A DNA stretch of 64,000 bases, from NCBI GenBank assembly GCA_964187785.1, contig OZ076409.1, positions 91,390,001-91,454,000 of the forward strand, given 5' to 3'. Both the position numbers and the translations under genes were made by a program. Below, one piece after another: positions 47,525 through 59,140 of the stretch (the first letter of the stretch is position 1; each line of letters begins with the position of its first letter). A model generated the notes under the pieces. The model had not been told where the DNA came from and did no database searches. It saw only the letters and a list, made by a program, of their open reading frames with translations. This stretch comes from Amphiscolops sp. MND2022 (taxonomy: Eukaryota).

Positions 47525-50500
47525 CTTCGCCACGACTCCAATATAACGAATTAATATCTGTCCGACAGTACATCAGATCGGACCCTCCAACGCAAACCTT
47601 CCACCAATACAATCAGCAATTAATGGGCTATCCCTCTGTTGTCTGGCAGCAGCAGATGGAAAAAGCTACCATCATCACCTACAATAACACCCATTTATTC
47701 CAGAAACCAATTCCTGTTTGGGACCCTGATTACACCACTACCTTCACCACCCGCTTCAGGCCCATTCCCCTAATCGATGATTACAATCCAACATACATCG
47801 ACCCAGACTACGGCAGAGATCCCTATTGGGACACCGAGCTTTACAACCAAGACTCACTACAATTTCAATACGTACTGGACGATATTGAACACTATAATAG
47901 AACAGTCCAGGAGAACCCTCCAATTACCCATAACAAGAAAACAAGAGCGCTAATTGAAAACTGGCAAATGAATGATGGCACAAACCATCCAGTGTTCCCA
48001 AACCCATTGGGGACCGAGACCCATGACAGCAATGCTGAACCCATACCACAATCATTGATAGACGAAAAACAGTTCCAAAATGTCCTAATCACTAGAGACG
48101 GTGAACCAGACTGTATACCCCTGTCAACCAACATTAACCTCAAATGCAAAAAACGCATGTTGTATTTCCCAATGGACTTTGGGGAATCGACCATTGACGG
48201 ACTCATTGACACTGGAGCACTGTCCAGTGCAATTCCTGAAATGGACCTCCGGAAAATTCGACTTTTATCTCCACAATCCGTTATCCGGGAAGGCCCGCCT
48301 CCGAATTTCCAAATCATGGTCGCTAATGGGCAACTGGAAACTCCTAAGAGTACCATAGAGCTCAAATTCGAAGTTGGTGACATTGAGTTCCATGAAATCT
48401 TCATAGTAATGGAACATTTGACAGGACCGATCATTGGACTAATGTTCCTTCAAAGAAACCAGACAGTGCTGGACATGAAACAAGGGATACTGAATTTCCC
48501 GTTCTTTTCAATGCAGCTCAAAACGGCTGACCATAAGTATTCAAATGTATTAGAACCAATCCTCAACACTATTGAGATAACAATTCCACCAAATGATAAA
48601 GTCCTAATTAGGACCAATTCCCTACTCTACCCTGAGAATGCTGTCACTGGAATTTCGCAACCGAGCGACCTTCTACATGAGGAAGGCGACATCACATTTT
48701 GCCCAGCTTTGGTCACTCTGAATGACGGCAATATTTTGATACCAGTAAACAATTTCACAGACTACCCTTATAAACTCGAAAAGGGACTACATATTGCCAA
48801 TTTCTCTGTCATGACGCCAGAACAGATGAAGTATGTCAAACCGGTAGACCCGGCATCAACCTGGCACCTTTTGCAGAATGACCAGGAGCAAGCAGCCCAT
48901 TATATCAGCAGTCTCATCAAAACCAATAGAAATCCACAAAACACTGAAAATTACTGGTTCCCAACTCCAGAAAACCCTGGAAATCCTGAGGAACACACAC
49001 CTATACAAAAACGAATCCTACGCGAGTTACAGGCCTTACAAGACCTGGAAACACTCGACCCCACTACAGATGCGGAATCGCGTGCGAAATTCCTAGAAAA
49101 CTTTGACTGGAAGGATTCCACCCTTACTCCTGAAGAGAAGGAGAAAATTGAGGAATTGTTAGTGGAATTCCATGACATCTTTGCACGACACCGATTTGAT
49201 ATACGCATGAACGAGGACTTCAAGGTGAAACTGACGCCTAAGGACGATTCCCCGGCCTATAGTCAAAGCCTTCCAGCTCCTATCAATTTGAAGGAGGACA
49301 TCCTAGTCGAATTAGCCATGCTACACAAATATGGCATCATCACCACCCTACCGTTCTCAAAATATGCGAGTCCAATATTTGCACAGAAGAAACCGAACGG
49401 GAAACTCCGACTCTTGGTTGACTTGAGAAAAATCAACAACCTCATCTCCGATGATTACATCAACAATAATCATCCCGTCAGTACACTAGTTGATGCTGCC
49501 CAACACTTGGCAGGCAAAAAACTGTTCTGTAAATTAGACTGCTCGCAGGCATACCACTGCCTACCAATGGCCGACCAACGTTCAATTGAAATGTTGGCTT
49601 TCAACTTTGCCAGTCGCACATTCGCCTACAGACGTTTAGCACAAGGCCTTAGTCGGTCACTATCCGCATTCTCGAGTTTCATGAGAGAATACCTTGACAA
49701 AGTCATTAAAGCGGATCAGTGTGCCCAGTATGTGGACGATATCGGCATCGCAGCCAATGATGTCGATCACCTCATGACGAACCTGAGAGCCACGTTCAAA
49801 TGCATTCAGGAAGCAGGCCTTAAGTTGACAATGCACAAATGTCACTTCGGCGCAAAAGAAATTGATTTTCTCGGACGGACTATTACCCCACAAGGCGTCA
49901 AACCTCAGAAACAGAACGTACAAAACTTTCTGGAAAAGACCAAATTCTCAAAGTCGAAAAAGGCTTTACAGCGCTATTTGGGATTCCTAAACTATTACAG
50001 AAATTATGTCCCAAGACTCTCCGAACGCCTTGCTCCATTCTACAAGATGCTCAAAAGTGACGAAAAGGTCCTAGTATCGAAAGAATTAGTCCAACAATTC
50101 GAAGAAATCAATAGAGCACTAGACAAATGTTGCGACCTGGCCCTACAACAACCCATTCCGAACAAACAAATAGCACTAATGACTGATGCAAGTTTTGGTG
50201 CAGCCGGGTACGCGGTCCTAATTGAAGACGACCCAAGTCAGAAATTTACATCACTCAGAAAATCGTATGCACCGGTCGCATATGGATCAAAAACTTTCAC
50301 CCCAGCACAGATCAAGATGTCAATTTATGCCAAGGAATTCCTTGCAATTTATTTTGCATTCAAAGAATTCGGACATATCTTCTGGGGTGCGCCGAAACCG
50401 GTCATCATCCTTACAGACAACAAAGCCGTCACGAGATTTTTTCAAACAAAAATAATACCCCCAGCCCTGTGGAACGCGTGTGATTACGTCATTCAATTCA

Positions 50501-52725
50501 ATTTCGTCATAGCACACATCCCAGGGGCACAAAATACAGCCGCCGACTATTTGTCCCGATTAGAAGCAGATCCAAAGGACAATATGGTGATGAAAATCCG
50601 TGAAGATATACAAACACTACCAATCGAAATCAACGTCCAATCCGCAGGTGTGACGCAAGAAGAACAAATCTTCTACACCAATGACGACGACGAGACAGAA
50701 GAACAGTATTGGGCAAGAAAAGAAGCAATCAGGAAAGATCCAGCAACTGATGAGCCCACTGTTACTATACAAACTCTGTCAACAAATCTGGTCAAGCAAC
50801 ACACCGACATACAAGTCCGATTGAGGAAAACGAACCAGATCATTATCGAGCAATCCAAAGATGCGGTACTACAACAATTGAAAGCAAAACTGCTTCATGA
50901 AGAATATTCAAAAAACCTACTGCACCAGGATGCACGATATAGACATTACGCAAACAATCTGGATCGAATTGTACTAAAGGACGAAATCCTGACAAGGCAA
51001 TATTTCGATGAAACAGGGAATGTTAAATACCATCAAATTCTGCTCCCGCAACATTCACTTCAGGAACAGCTTAAGTCTCTCCACGGGACAGCACATAAAC
51101 ATCCTGGGATTTCAAAAATGTTACAGGAAATTCGACAGAGGTATTACTACCCTAGCATGGCTAAACACGTCAAAAAGTGGGTAGAAGGGTGCGAACAATG
51201 TGCCAGAGACAAAAGAGTCCCTAACGCAACGATCACACCTGAGCTGCTCAACTTGCCCGAATGGGACCTTGGACCCGAAGACGCCATGCAAATCGACCTA
51301 TTACCGAATCTCCCCCCAAGTGGAGGGTATGAAAATGTCCTAACAGCAATAGACGTATTTTCCCGATATCTGTTCGCATATCCCCTTACGGACGCATCAG
51401 CGATCAATGTAGCAAAAGCGCTCATTGACATTATGACTAAACACTCATATTTACCAACGACTCTTATCACTGATAAAGGTACGGCATTTACTTCTACAAT
51501 TATTGCGGAGGTTACGCAGATTTTGGGCATCACACTCAAATGTGCAACGACGAAACACCCGCAGACAATTGGGAAATTGGAGCGAACTCATGCCTCATTG
51601 AAAACAAATCTCAAAATGGCATGTGGAGAATATCGCCGACAATGGCACAAATACTTGCCATTAGCAGTACTGAATCATAATACTACTTACCACGCCAGCA
51701 TCGGTTGTGAGCCAACGAGAGTATTTCATGGAAGAATTCCATTTAATATTTTGGATCACAAGCTTGGAAATAATCCAAACGAGCAAATTAACCCCACAAC
51801 CGAATTTGCTGAAGAAAAAAACCGGACAAAAAGCCTGATTGACAAAACGAAGCAGAACATTATGCAATCGTATATCAAGTACAAAGAATATTACGACCGC
51901 AAAGCAAAAGCCGCTCCACTAAAGGAGAATGAATACTGTTTTGTCTTACAGCCGAAGGCGGACAATCAAGGATCAAAAATTCCATTCCGCGATTATCGGT
52001 GGGTTGGACCATTTATAGTCCAAAAAGTTTTACCTAACGAAAATTATATTGTGAGACGAATCAACACAAGCAAGACTCAAATAGTACATCGAATTCGCCT
52101 TAAAAAGTTTGTCCCTAATCAACCGCTTGAGGATAATTTCCGAGAACAACAATTGCAGCCAGATGAAGAAATTATCATTCCGCAAGATGATTTATACGTC
52201 ATAACGTGGGAAACCGACTTTGGCGAGCAGCTAGCTACACGAGGCAACGAGAATATTCCGACCAGCATGCCGAATGGCGAACAACCGAATACGGCAGAAA
52301 CGAATACAAGTGACGTAACCGAGAATGAAGCAGATTACATAATCACTAGTGACGAAACAAGTTACGCTGACCACGCGGCGCGGAGCCGGAATGAAAGATT
52401 AAATCATGATGTCACAAAAAGGAATGACGCTAGTGAAACGGCTAGCAATGACAAATCTGATTGGCCGAATCCGGCCGTTTCCCCAAAAAACCAAGAAAAA
52501 TCCTTGCCGAACACGGCAGATAGACTGGGAAACGATGAAATGTTTTCAGAAATAAACTTGATGAATGAAAGCGATACACAAAATTCTCCAAACAAGGGGG
52601 ATGATATTATCGTGCCCGAAATATCTGAAAATGATGCTAGAAATGAAAGTCTGAGCCCTAGAGGAGGGAAATATAATCTCAGGCCTAACCCTAACCCAAA
52701 CTACTCAGAAGACTTCAGATACTAA
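47515..52725 (+). CDS. pol: pol of element C, entered by -1 frameshift at AAAAAAC (47515-47521)
   Basis: The -1 frame (KKLTSPRLQYNELISVRQYIRSDP...) is open into the 1700-aa ORF. Motifs LIDTGA, YVDD, TDAS, HHCC, DDE and WVGPF. Confidence 0.96.
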   Translation, partial: KKLTSPRLQYNELISVRQYIRSDPPTQTFHQYNQQLMGYPSVVWQQQMEKATIITYNNTHLFQKPIPVWDPDYTTTFTTRFRPIPLIDDYNPTYIDPDYGRDPYWDTELYNQDSLQFQYVLDDIEHYNRTVQENPPITHNKKTRALIENWQMNDGTNHPVFPNPLGTETHDSNAEPIPQSLIDEKQFQNVLITRDGEPDCIPLSTNINLKCKKRMLYFPMDFGESTIDGLIDTGALSSAIPEMDLRKIRLLSPQSVIREGPPPNFQIMVANGQLETPKSTIELKFEVGDIEFHEIFIVMEHLTGPIIGLMFLQRNQTVLDMKQGILNFPFFSMQLKTADHKYSNVLEPILNTIEITIPPNDKVLIRTNSLLYPENAVTGISQPSDLLHEEGDITFCPALVTLNDGNILIPVNNFTDYPYKLEKGLHIANFSVMTPEQMKYVKPVDPASTWHLLQNDQEQAAHYISSLIKTNRNPQNTENYWFPTPENPGNPEEHTPIQKRILRELQALQDLETLDPTTDAESRAKFLENFDWKDSTLTPEEKEKIEELLVEFHDIFARHRFDIRMNEDFKVKLTPKDDSPAYSQSLPAPINLKEDILVELAMLHKYGIITTLPFSKYASPIFAQKKPNGKLRLLVDLRKINNLISDDYINNNHPVSTLVDAAQHLAGKKLFCKLDCSQAYHCLPMADQRSIEMLAFNFASRTFAYRRLAQGLSRSLSAFSSFMREYLDKVIKADQCAQYVDDIGIAANDVDHLMTNLRATFKCIQEAGLKLTMHKCHFGAKEIDFLGRTITPQGVKPQKQNVQNFLEKTKFSKSKKALQRYLGFLNYYRNYVPRLSERLAPFYKMLKSDEKVLVSKELVQQFEEINRALDKCCDLALQQPIPNKQIALMTDASFGAAGYAVLIEDDPSQKFTSLRKSYAPVAYGSKTFTPAQIKMSIYAKEFLAIYFAFKEFGHIFWGAPKPVIILTDNKAVTRFFQTKIIPPALWNACDYVIQFNFVIAHIPGAQNTAADYLSRLEADPKDNMVMKIREDIQTLPIEINVQSAGVTQEEQIFYTNDDDETEEQYWARKEAIRKDPATDEPTVTIQTLSTNLVKQHTDIQVRLRKTNQIIIEQSKDAVLQQLKAKLLHEEYSKNLLHQDARYRHYANNLDRIVLKDEILTRQYFDETGNVKYHQILLPQHSLQEQLKSLHGTAHKHPGISKMLQEIRQRYYYPSMAKHVKKWVEGCEQCARDKRVPNATITPELLNLPEWDLGPEDAMQIDLLPNLPPSGGYENVLTAIDVFSRYLFAYPLTDASAINVAKALIDIMTKHSYLPTTLITDKGTAFTSTIIAEVTQILGITLKCATTKHPQTIGKLERTHASLKTNLKMACGEYRRQWHKYLPLAVLNHNTTYHASIGCEPTRVFHGRIPFNILDHKLGNNPNEQINPTTEFAEEKNRTKSLIDKTKQNIMQSYIKYKEYYDRKAKAAPLKENEYCFVLQPKADNQGSKIPFRDYRWVGPFIVQKVLPNENYIVRRINTSKTQIVHRIRLKKFVPNQPLEDNFREQQLQPDEEIIIPQDDLYVITWETDFGEQLATRGNENIPTSMPNGEQPNTAETNTSDVTENEADYIITSDETSYADHAARSRNERLNHDVTKRNDASETASNDKSDWPNPAVSPKNQEKSLPNTADRLGNDEMFSEINLMNESDTQNSPNKGDDIIVPEISENDARNESLSPRGGKYNLRPNPNPNYSEDFRY

Positions 52726-52970
52726 GAATTGAATTCTTCCCGAAAATGGGGTTCTTTTCTACTATCTTTCTTTTGGTTTTTTTTCTGGTCCCTCTACTAT
52801 CTTTTGGATAAATAATGGGACAAATGATAGACCCCTTCCAAATAAATGAATACAGGGGTTGAAAGATGCAAACAACGAAGAAACAGAAAACAAGAGTAAA
52901 TGAGAAAATAAAACAATAAAAGAAATGAACAAAGGTTACAGTCTGAAAGTACATGAATACATATGTACAT

Positions 52971-53724
52971 TTAATGTTTAGCAGCACTGGAACTTTGTGT
53001 ACTAGCGACAGATGAAGATCTCGATCGAGACGATTTTCGGGCTAGTTTTTGACGTTTAGAACAAGAGGGCACCTTCAAGGCAGCCTCATCAACCACGGAA
53101 CGTTCTTCATCACTTATCTTCAGACCGGAACTTCCTGCAGACTCAGATTGGATTGTACGATAAGTGGACAGAAAGGACTGTCTTTCCCGGCTGTGAAGAA
53201 GAACTGGGAAGAAGCTCCTGCAGCGTGGTCCGTGAGGTTGTTGCGACTTGTAGCCCAGACTCTAGGTTGCTCAGACTAATATCTGTGATCGTCTCATCTC
53301 CCGGTATAATCGGGGTACTGGCCCGGGGCTCCGCCCTCCGGTCTTCTCTCTGAAAATTTGGGCCTGCTGGCGAACCAACTAAAGCGCCACGCGCCTGTTG
53401 TGACTCGATGTGTTTCACCATGGCCTCAGCAAAGGCATTCACGTCAGTCTCACTCTCAACGCTAGGCGGAGAGGTGAGGGTAGGTTCCTGTGCTGTTTCT
53501 CTTATAGTATGAACCGGATCGACCGAAGAAGTAGGGCAGGCAGGGGCCGGAGTAGGAGTAGTACCCAGGATAAAGAGGGATTCATCTACAGAGACTGATG
53601 TCGGGGTTGATTCGACGGGAATGCTGGAAGTGTTGTTGGATTGCATTTGGGATTCATCTTCTATCTGATTCACTAAACAAAAGGAGATGAAGTTTGGCGG
53701 TGAGCTTCCTTGAAAGAAATCCAT
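52971..53724 (-). pseudogene. internally deleted antisense accessory gene of element C
   Basis: N-terminus MDFFQGSSPPNFISFCL matches B's MDIFAGSEPRQFISFHL. It is followed out of frame by an S/K/R-rich tail (...ARKSSRSRSSSVASTQSSSAAKH*) like A's C-terminus. The core exons are absent. Confidence 0.65.
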
Positions 53725-54818
53725 TTTACCGCATTAGAAAATTTCCGGAAGTGCTTTGAAAACTCGAGTGATAACGTGTTATCACGTGTCCATTAATGGA
53801 AACAGGAAGCATTTTATGAACAAATTTAGCCCTGATCAAGTTAAATTAGGTTCAAAAGTGAAGCAAACCAACCTTCAGCTGAAGACATTCTGGTCCAAAT
53901 TACTTATTGTAGACATCCCAAATAAGACGTTCAAGATGTGGGACTTGGTCACGATCGGCTTGAAAACGGGACCCGGGGTACTCCAAAGAGAAGAGCTGAC
54001 GAGGATGCTATGAATGTGGACGAGCAACTGACAGTTGGGAGATTGTGAATAAAAGACAAATATAAGATGATAGGAAGCAAATGGAATTAAAATTGGATAA
54101 AAGAATTGAAGAAGTTGGAAAGTTGGAGTTCGTGGCTGAAGATTATTACCAGACTAATATTATGGATTATCTACATATTTATTCTGTACATGGAGTCTGC
54201 CAGCGAAGTGTACAATGGACTTTGTTATTTACAGCTTATTTAGTTAAAGTCCGGTTATGGCCGTTTGTCCTGTTTTGTTTCGCCGTTTTGTCCAGTTACC
54301 CTTAGTTAGAATTTTCGCCATCTTGGATTATTTAGATTTATTATTTTCGCCATTTTTATTGTTGAATTTTACAGTTTATCGAAGCTTAACGCTGATTGGT
54401 TGAAGCCATTTTGAAAGAATTCCGCGTTGCATGTCGTTAATTGCTATCAGACAAACTGTTAATTACCCACTTGAAACGGGTGAAGATAATATTTACAACT
54501 CAAGCGTCATTAACACCTCTCAGGGTGATGGTGCTGATGGGGGGTAAACACTGAGCTATCAAAGGATGCCGACTACTTATAAAATTCCATTCAGAGATGT
54601 TTACGTCGGATCAGGGTAATTCACCGGTACCTCAACCACCGAATATGAATTGCCGGGAAAAGGCCCGACTTGGCCAAATTCTTGAGTTGGTGAATTCATT
54701 CCACTTTGAAACTTTAAGCAAACTAGTCGACTCCCCTGCTCAGCAAGATTGCGAAAAAACTAATAATGCAAAGATATAACTTAACCAAGAAGCTCTTCGA
54801 CTTTGAAGAAGAGGATTC

Positions 54819-55091
54819 ATGAGTTCAGCAAATTCGATAATCTACATATCCAGCGACAGTGAGAATGAGGCTTCAAGCGATTGGGACTCAGACTGGTCTA
54901 CTGATACGGAGGCTATAATAGACAGGATCGAACGGGAAGTTAAAGCGGCACCAATTCCTATTGCCGGACGGGGGATGACAATAGAAAGCTCAGATGACGA
55001 AATGGCGGCAGGACCCAGCTACATTCAGTCTGTTCCGCCTTCTACCCCGAAATTGGGACTTGAGTACTTCAACATATATATGTTTTGCTAG
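54819..55091 (+). CDS. accessory ORF-X of element C (90 aa, acidic; possibly truncated)
   Basis: Positional equivalent of B ORF-X; IAGRGMT motif. Confidence 0.5.
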   Translation: MSSANSIIYISSDSENEASSDWDSDWSTDTEAIIDRIEREVKAAPIPIAGRGMTIESSDDEMAAGPSYIQSVPPSTPKLGLEYFNIYMFC

Positions 55092-56839
55092 TATTAGTCT
55101 GTTAGGGCCAACAACCAAAAGGCTCAAATGATGTGTAGTTATTTGCAAATTTGGAAACGCAGTACAACAATGCAATTGCAGTAATAAATAGAAGCAGCTA
55201 ACGAGCGTAAAGGAAACGAGTTCAAGTAAACGTCACTCCAATTCCGGGGACGTCACTTGAGCTTACTACAATTAGCCAATCACGTGCTGTAATTCTTGCT
55301 GTACTATTGTTGTATTTGTTAATTGGCCGGTTAAGGCCACCTGACGAAATTCCACTCTCATTGCTCACTACTTTGGTCAAACGGCCGGTTCCGGCCGTGA
55401 AGCAATAATGAAAAGGAACTAACTTATTACATCTGTACTTCATTAGTAATAATACAATTGTTCTTTCATGTTGTTTAAATGTTCATTGTTGATAATATGA
55501 AGCTTTGTTTGGTATTTGGCCGAGTAAGGCCCATTGAACTAATATATATTGTTTCAACTGGTACTCTGGTCAAATGGCCGATTGTGGCCATTTCATGCAT
55601 ATTTGTGTTTTGTTGTTCAGTTAACCAGATATTAACCCGGAACTAGCATAAGTTCATCTCCGAAGCAAATGAAGGTGCTTATGGTATTATATTATCTACG
55701 TGATCCAAGCATATGTAAAATAGACAAATAAGGCCATTTTCCTTCACTTCCCTATTGTGCTGTCTGTACTTACGGATTTAAGCCTATTCCGGTTTCAACA
55801 TGAAATGTATTTTCATGAATAGTAGATTGATACCACAGCCCTTATGTGCGGTTATACATTCCATTCTCAGTGTATTATATAATAAATCTTGTGTCGGCAC
55901 GTGCCTCCACCTCACTTTGCGTGAGGTATGTAAACAAAGGTATTTGTTGACACTTTGATATGCATGCCTTAATCGGCAGTTCGTTTGAAGCTACTATTTT
56001 GACTACATGACCCATAAATGCCATTCCCTAGATGTCCCCGAAGATATGTGAATATCAGGGTTTTCATCATGGAGCTTATGATCATATGATACTACCAACC
56101 TAACTAGTTATGTAAGGAATGTGATTGTCATTCCCTAAAAGGTATAAATAGTGTTATCCCGTTGGGGAAATTATTAATTCCTTTCATTTTGCTCTAGTTA
56201 AGTTTAATCTACAAACGGCACCGCTGTTATTTCCGTATTGATCAATATATTGTTAATTCGGAATCGTTTCTATGCCTACTACTAGAAAACAGAAAAAGGC
56301 AAGAAAGTCAAGAGGACTTGAAATGTTGTCAGATATTGAGAACGTAGACATTATGTTAGGTGAAAATCACTTCAATGACATGAGGAGAGACGAAAGTCAC
56401 GATGGCACTTCCATTAGGAGGCAGGAAAGTGTTACAAGCAATAACTTAGAAAATGAGGGAATGGATCTCCATTCTGATCATAGAAATCCCGAAACTGGGA
56501 CTAGTGCCGGTTACGACCGAATCACAGCGAGCATAGATTCTCAAGCTGAGATCAACAAGTTGTCGAGTGAACTAAATTCTAGAATATCTAGGGAGATGGA
56601 TGAGATGATGAACAGTGTTAGTTCTCAAATCCAGAGGGCCATAAGTGATGCCATCAATAATCAAGTTTTACCACAAATTCAAAACGTTATTATGGCCAGT
56701 TCAGGACAGGAGACCAGAAGAGGATGGGAGAGGTCTGACGAGAGACCGGAATGTTATTCCGAAGATCAATACAACGCGAAAACTAGATCTACTCTTAATA
56801 ATGAACATGGTGACAAACCACATCGTAATGATCATGACA
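54976..56839 (+). repeat. 3' LTR of element C (start tentative)
   Basis: Identity to the 5' LTR is proven from 55088. The start is guessed at TG after the purine tract GGACGGGGGA. The end CATGACA is followed by AGTAC. Confidence 0.8.
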
Positions 56840-58563
56840 AGTACACCCGCACAAGCCCGGCAAAGTTCGAGTGTTAAATGGAGCAGCAATGTTACAAGGT
56901 CAGTCCTTTAACAACGCTTTGTTAATCTTACCGGACTTGTTTGTACAGCTGCATAAATTTTTCTCTAACATTTTACAAAAAATATCGCATTTCCTTTGCG
57001 CTTTTTGTCAAATAGGGCTCGAACATTCAAGCGCAGAATATAAACTATACTTGAAAGAGAAGTTGATAAAAACCGCTTTTTCTGCTTCGATTTTTGGTCA
57101 TTTCATTTTGTTGATTGCCAAATAAAAAGTAATGTCAAATAATCATTTATGTTCACTTCAACTAACACTAAAGAAAACTTAAAATAAACCAAGCAGTTGC
57201 AATTGAAATTTGATTTTTGACACCCACTGATGTCTTGTTATATCATTACTTTTTGTGAACCAAAATTTATTTTTTGACTACTAAACTTTCAAGAACAAAG
57301 GGAAGCATGATGTAGTGATTAGAGCATTCTACTTGAATTAGTTCTATTCATCATCTCTCATAGCCCATAATTGTTGTCGGGCATCGACCAAGTCCTTTCT
57401 TGAAATCACCAGTGACAAAAAACGCATTTGGCGGAAAAAAGAAAAACTAAACAACAGTGAGCAGTCAGAACTTTGTGAACTTGAACGAATGACTTTGAAA
57501 CCACTGCTTCAAGCCAGCAATTGCCTGACTTCTAATGTCCAACCTAGCAAGCCGGAGCGCAAGCTAACGAAAACAGTTTCGTTCAGTTGAAGCAACATGA
57601 AATTGCTCTAAATATTGTTTTCGTCAAAGACAAAAATATGTTTTAGCGGAATTTATTTTTGGTTTCATTTTTTGCAAAAATCTTAGCTTGGAACTATTTC
57701 CTGAAAAGTACTTGCCACTAGCTCTAGTTGTTTTCTGCTTGAATGAAACTCTCCCAAAATACTCATAATATTTTTATGATGAGTTGATTTTCAAAATAAT
57801 TTCAGGTGATTCTCATCAAAAGTACCGATCTTTCAGAGCAAACCTTTTCGTTTTTTTTTCTTAAGTGAGATTGATGATAGTCTACTCGATAAATGTTCTT
57901 AAATATTTGTGAAAGACCTTCGGATCTTTTCGCGAGAACGAAAACACTCTTTCCGATTACTTTTCGCGATTCCGATATTTTAATGTCAAACAATTGGGTC
58001 TGCAAGTTGTCTGATGTTTTCTAAGGGCAAATTAGCTAGATTTAGAAAAAAATATGGCAGTGTCATTTCGCCATTTGTTGAAATTTTCAGTTAGAAAACA
58101 GCTTTTTTGAGCCGAGCATCTCTTGTGTCGCTTTTCGTTAATCAAGTAGCATCAAATCAGGAACTTTTAGTTAAATAAAATATTTTTTCCTTCCGGAAAA
58201 TTTTCTTGGGATAAAATTTTTAATTTTTTTTGTCAACGAGGTCATTCCGATACCAAACTTAACGACGTTTCATCAAACAGCCTATTTTGACACCTTTGAA
58301 TTCAAACATTTATGACAAATACTTTTCTGTCGAATTTTCGTTCAAGTCGGAGAAGGATCTGGGAATATTACTTAGATTGAAGGTTGAGAAATTTCCCGTG
58401 TTTTTATGATACCTTCATCAGGTAAAGTATGAAAGTCTTTTTCTGAAGGAAAAAGGCTTTCCCATCGGTGAAATTATCGTTAGTTCATGAACGTTTGCTC
58501 AATGATTGTAGCGTTGGGATTGAATGAGGGACAACATTGACCATGTCCAATAATACCCTAAAC

Positions 58564-58990
58564 TAGGCTCCTCAGAATTTCACGCGGCGTGAAATCGTGT
58601 AATCGCGTGAATTATTGCTCAATCAAATTTCAGCGAGTGATTTCACACCGACGATAGAAGTGTGAAACATTTCAGTTTTCGATCAAAGAAAGGTAACATG
58701 GTGTGAAATTGAATGAAGATACCAAAAACATCAAGTTTCGCAGAAAGTTTTTGTTTTTCCCTTCTTAATTGAAACAACCAGGTTTTTGCAGCCACCAGGA
58801 AAATTCTGACAAAAGAGCGTCAAAATTTAGATTTTGAAACTCAGAAGAACTTGTTGTTCTTGTATGTCAGTGACAAAACGAAAAAGTTTCGCTAATTTTT
58901 GACAAGAAAATGCGTAAAATTGGACCGGAATTCGCGTGACACGGAAGCGTGAATTTTAATGTTCTTCAGCGTGAATTTCTGCGGAGCCTA
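58564..58990. mobile_element. hAT-type MITE (427 bp)
   Basis: TIRs TAGGCTCCTCAGAATTTCACGC / GCGTGAATTTCTGCGGAGCCTA; 8-bp flanks CCCTAAAC/CCCTCAAC. Confidence 0.75.
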
Positions 58991-59140
58991 CCCTCAACTA
59001 TTTTTCCTTTCCAGTGACATGTCAACAGTGTTTCATCTGCAGCAAGATTAAAAATAGTGACAAATTTATTCAGTTGAAATTAAGTGAAAAGGGAAACAGA
59101 ATAATAACAGCAAAGTGCAAGTAGTGGAGCTCAAAGAGTT

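Larger units (their letters stand above)
44644..56839 (+). mobile_element. Ty3/Gypsy LTR retrotransposon, element C (intact gag-pol, young)
   Basis: 44644-46394 matches 55088-56839 with roughly a dozen differences by eye. PBS at 46395; uninterrupted gag and 1700-aa pol ORF. Confidence 0.97.

Noticed and set aside
47892..51867. Many 60-195 aa ORFs opposite gag, pol and the accessory genes (also in A and B)
   Set aside because: Shadow frames of real coding sequence, with no motifs.
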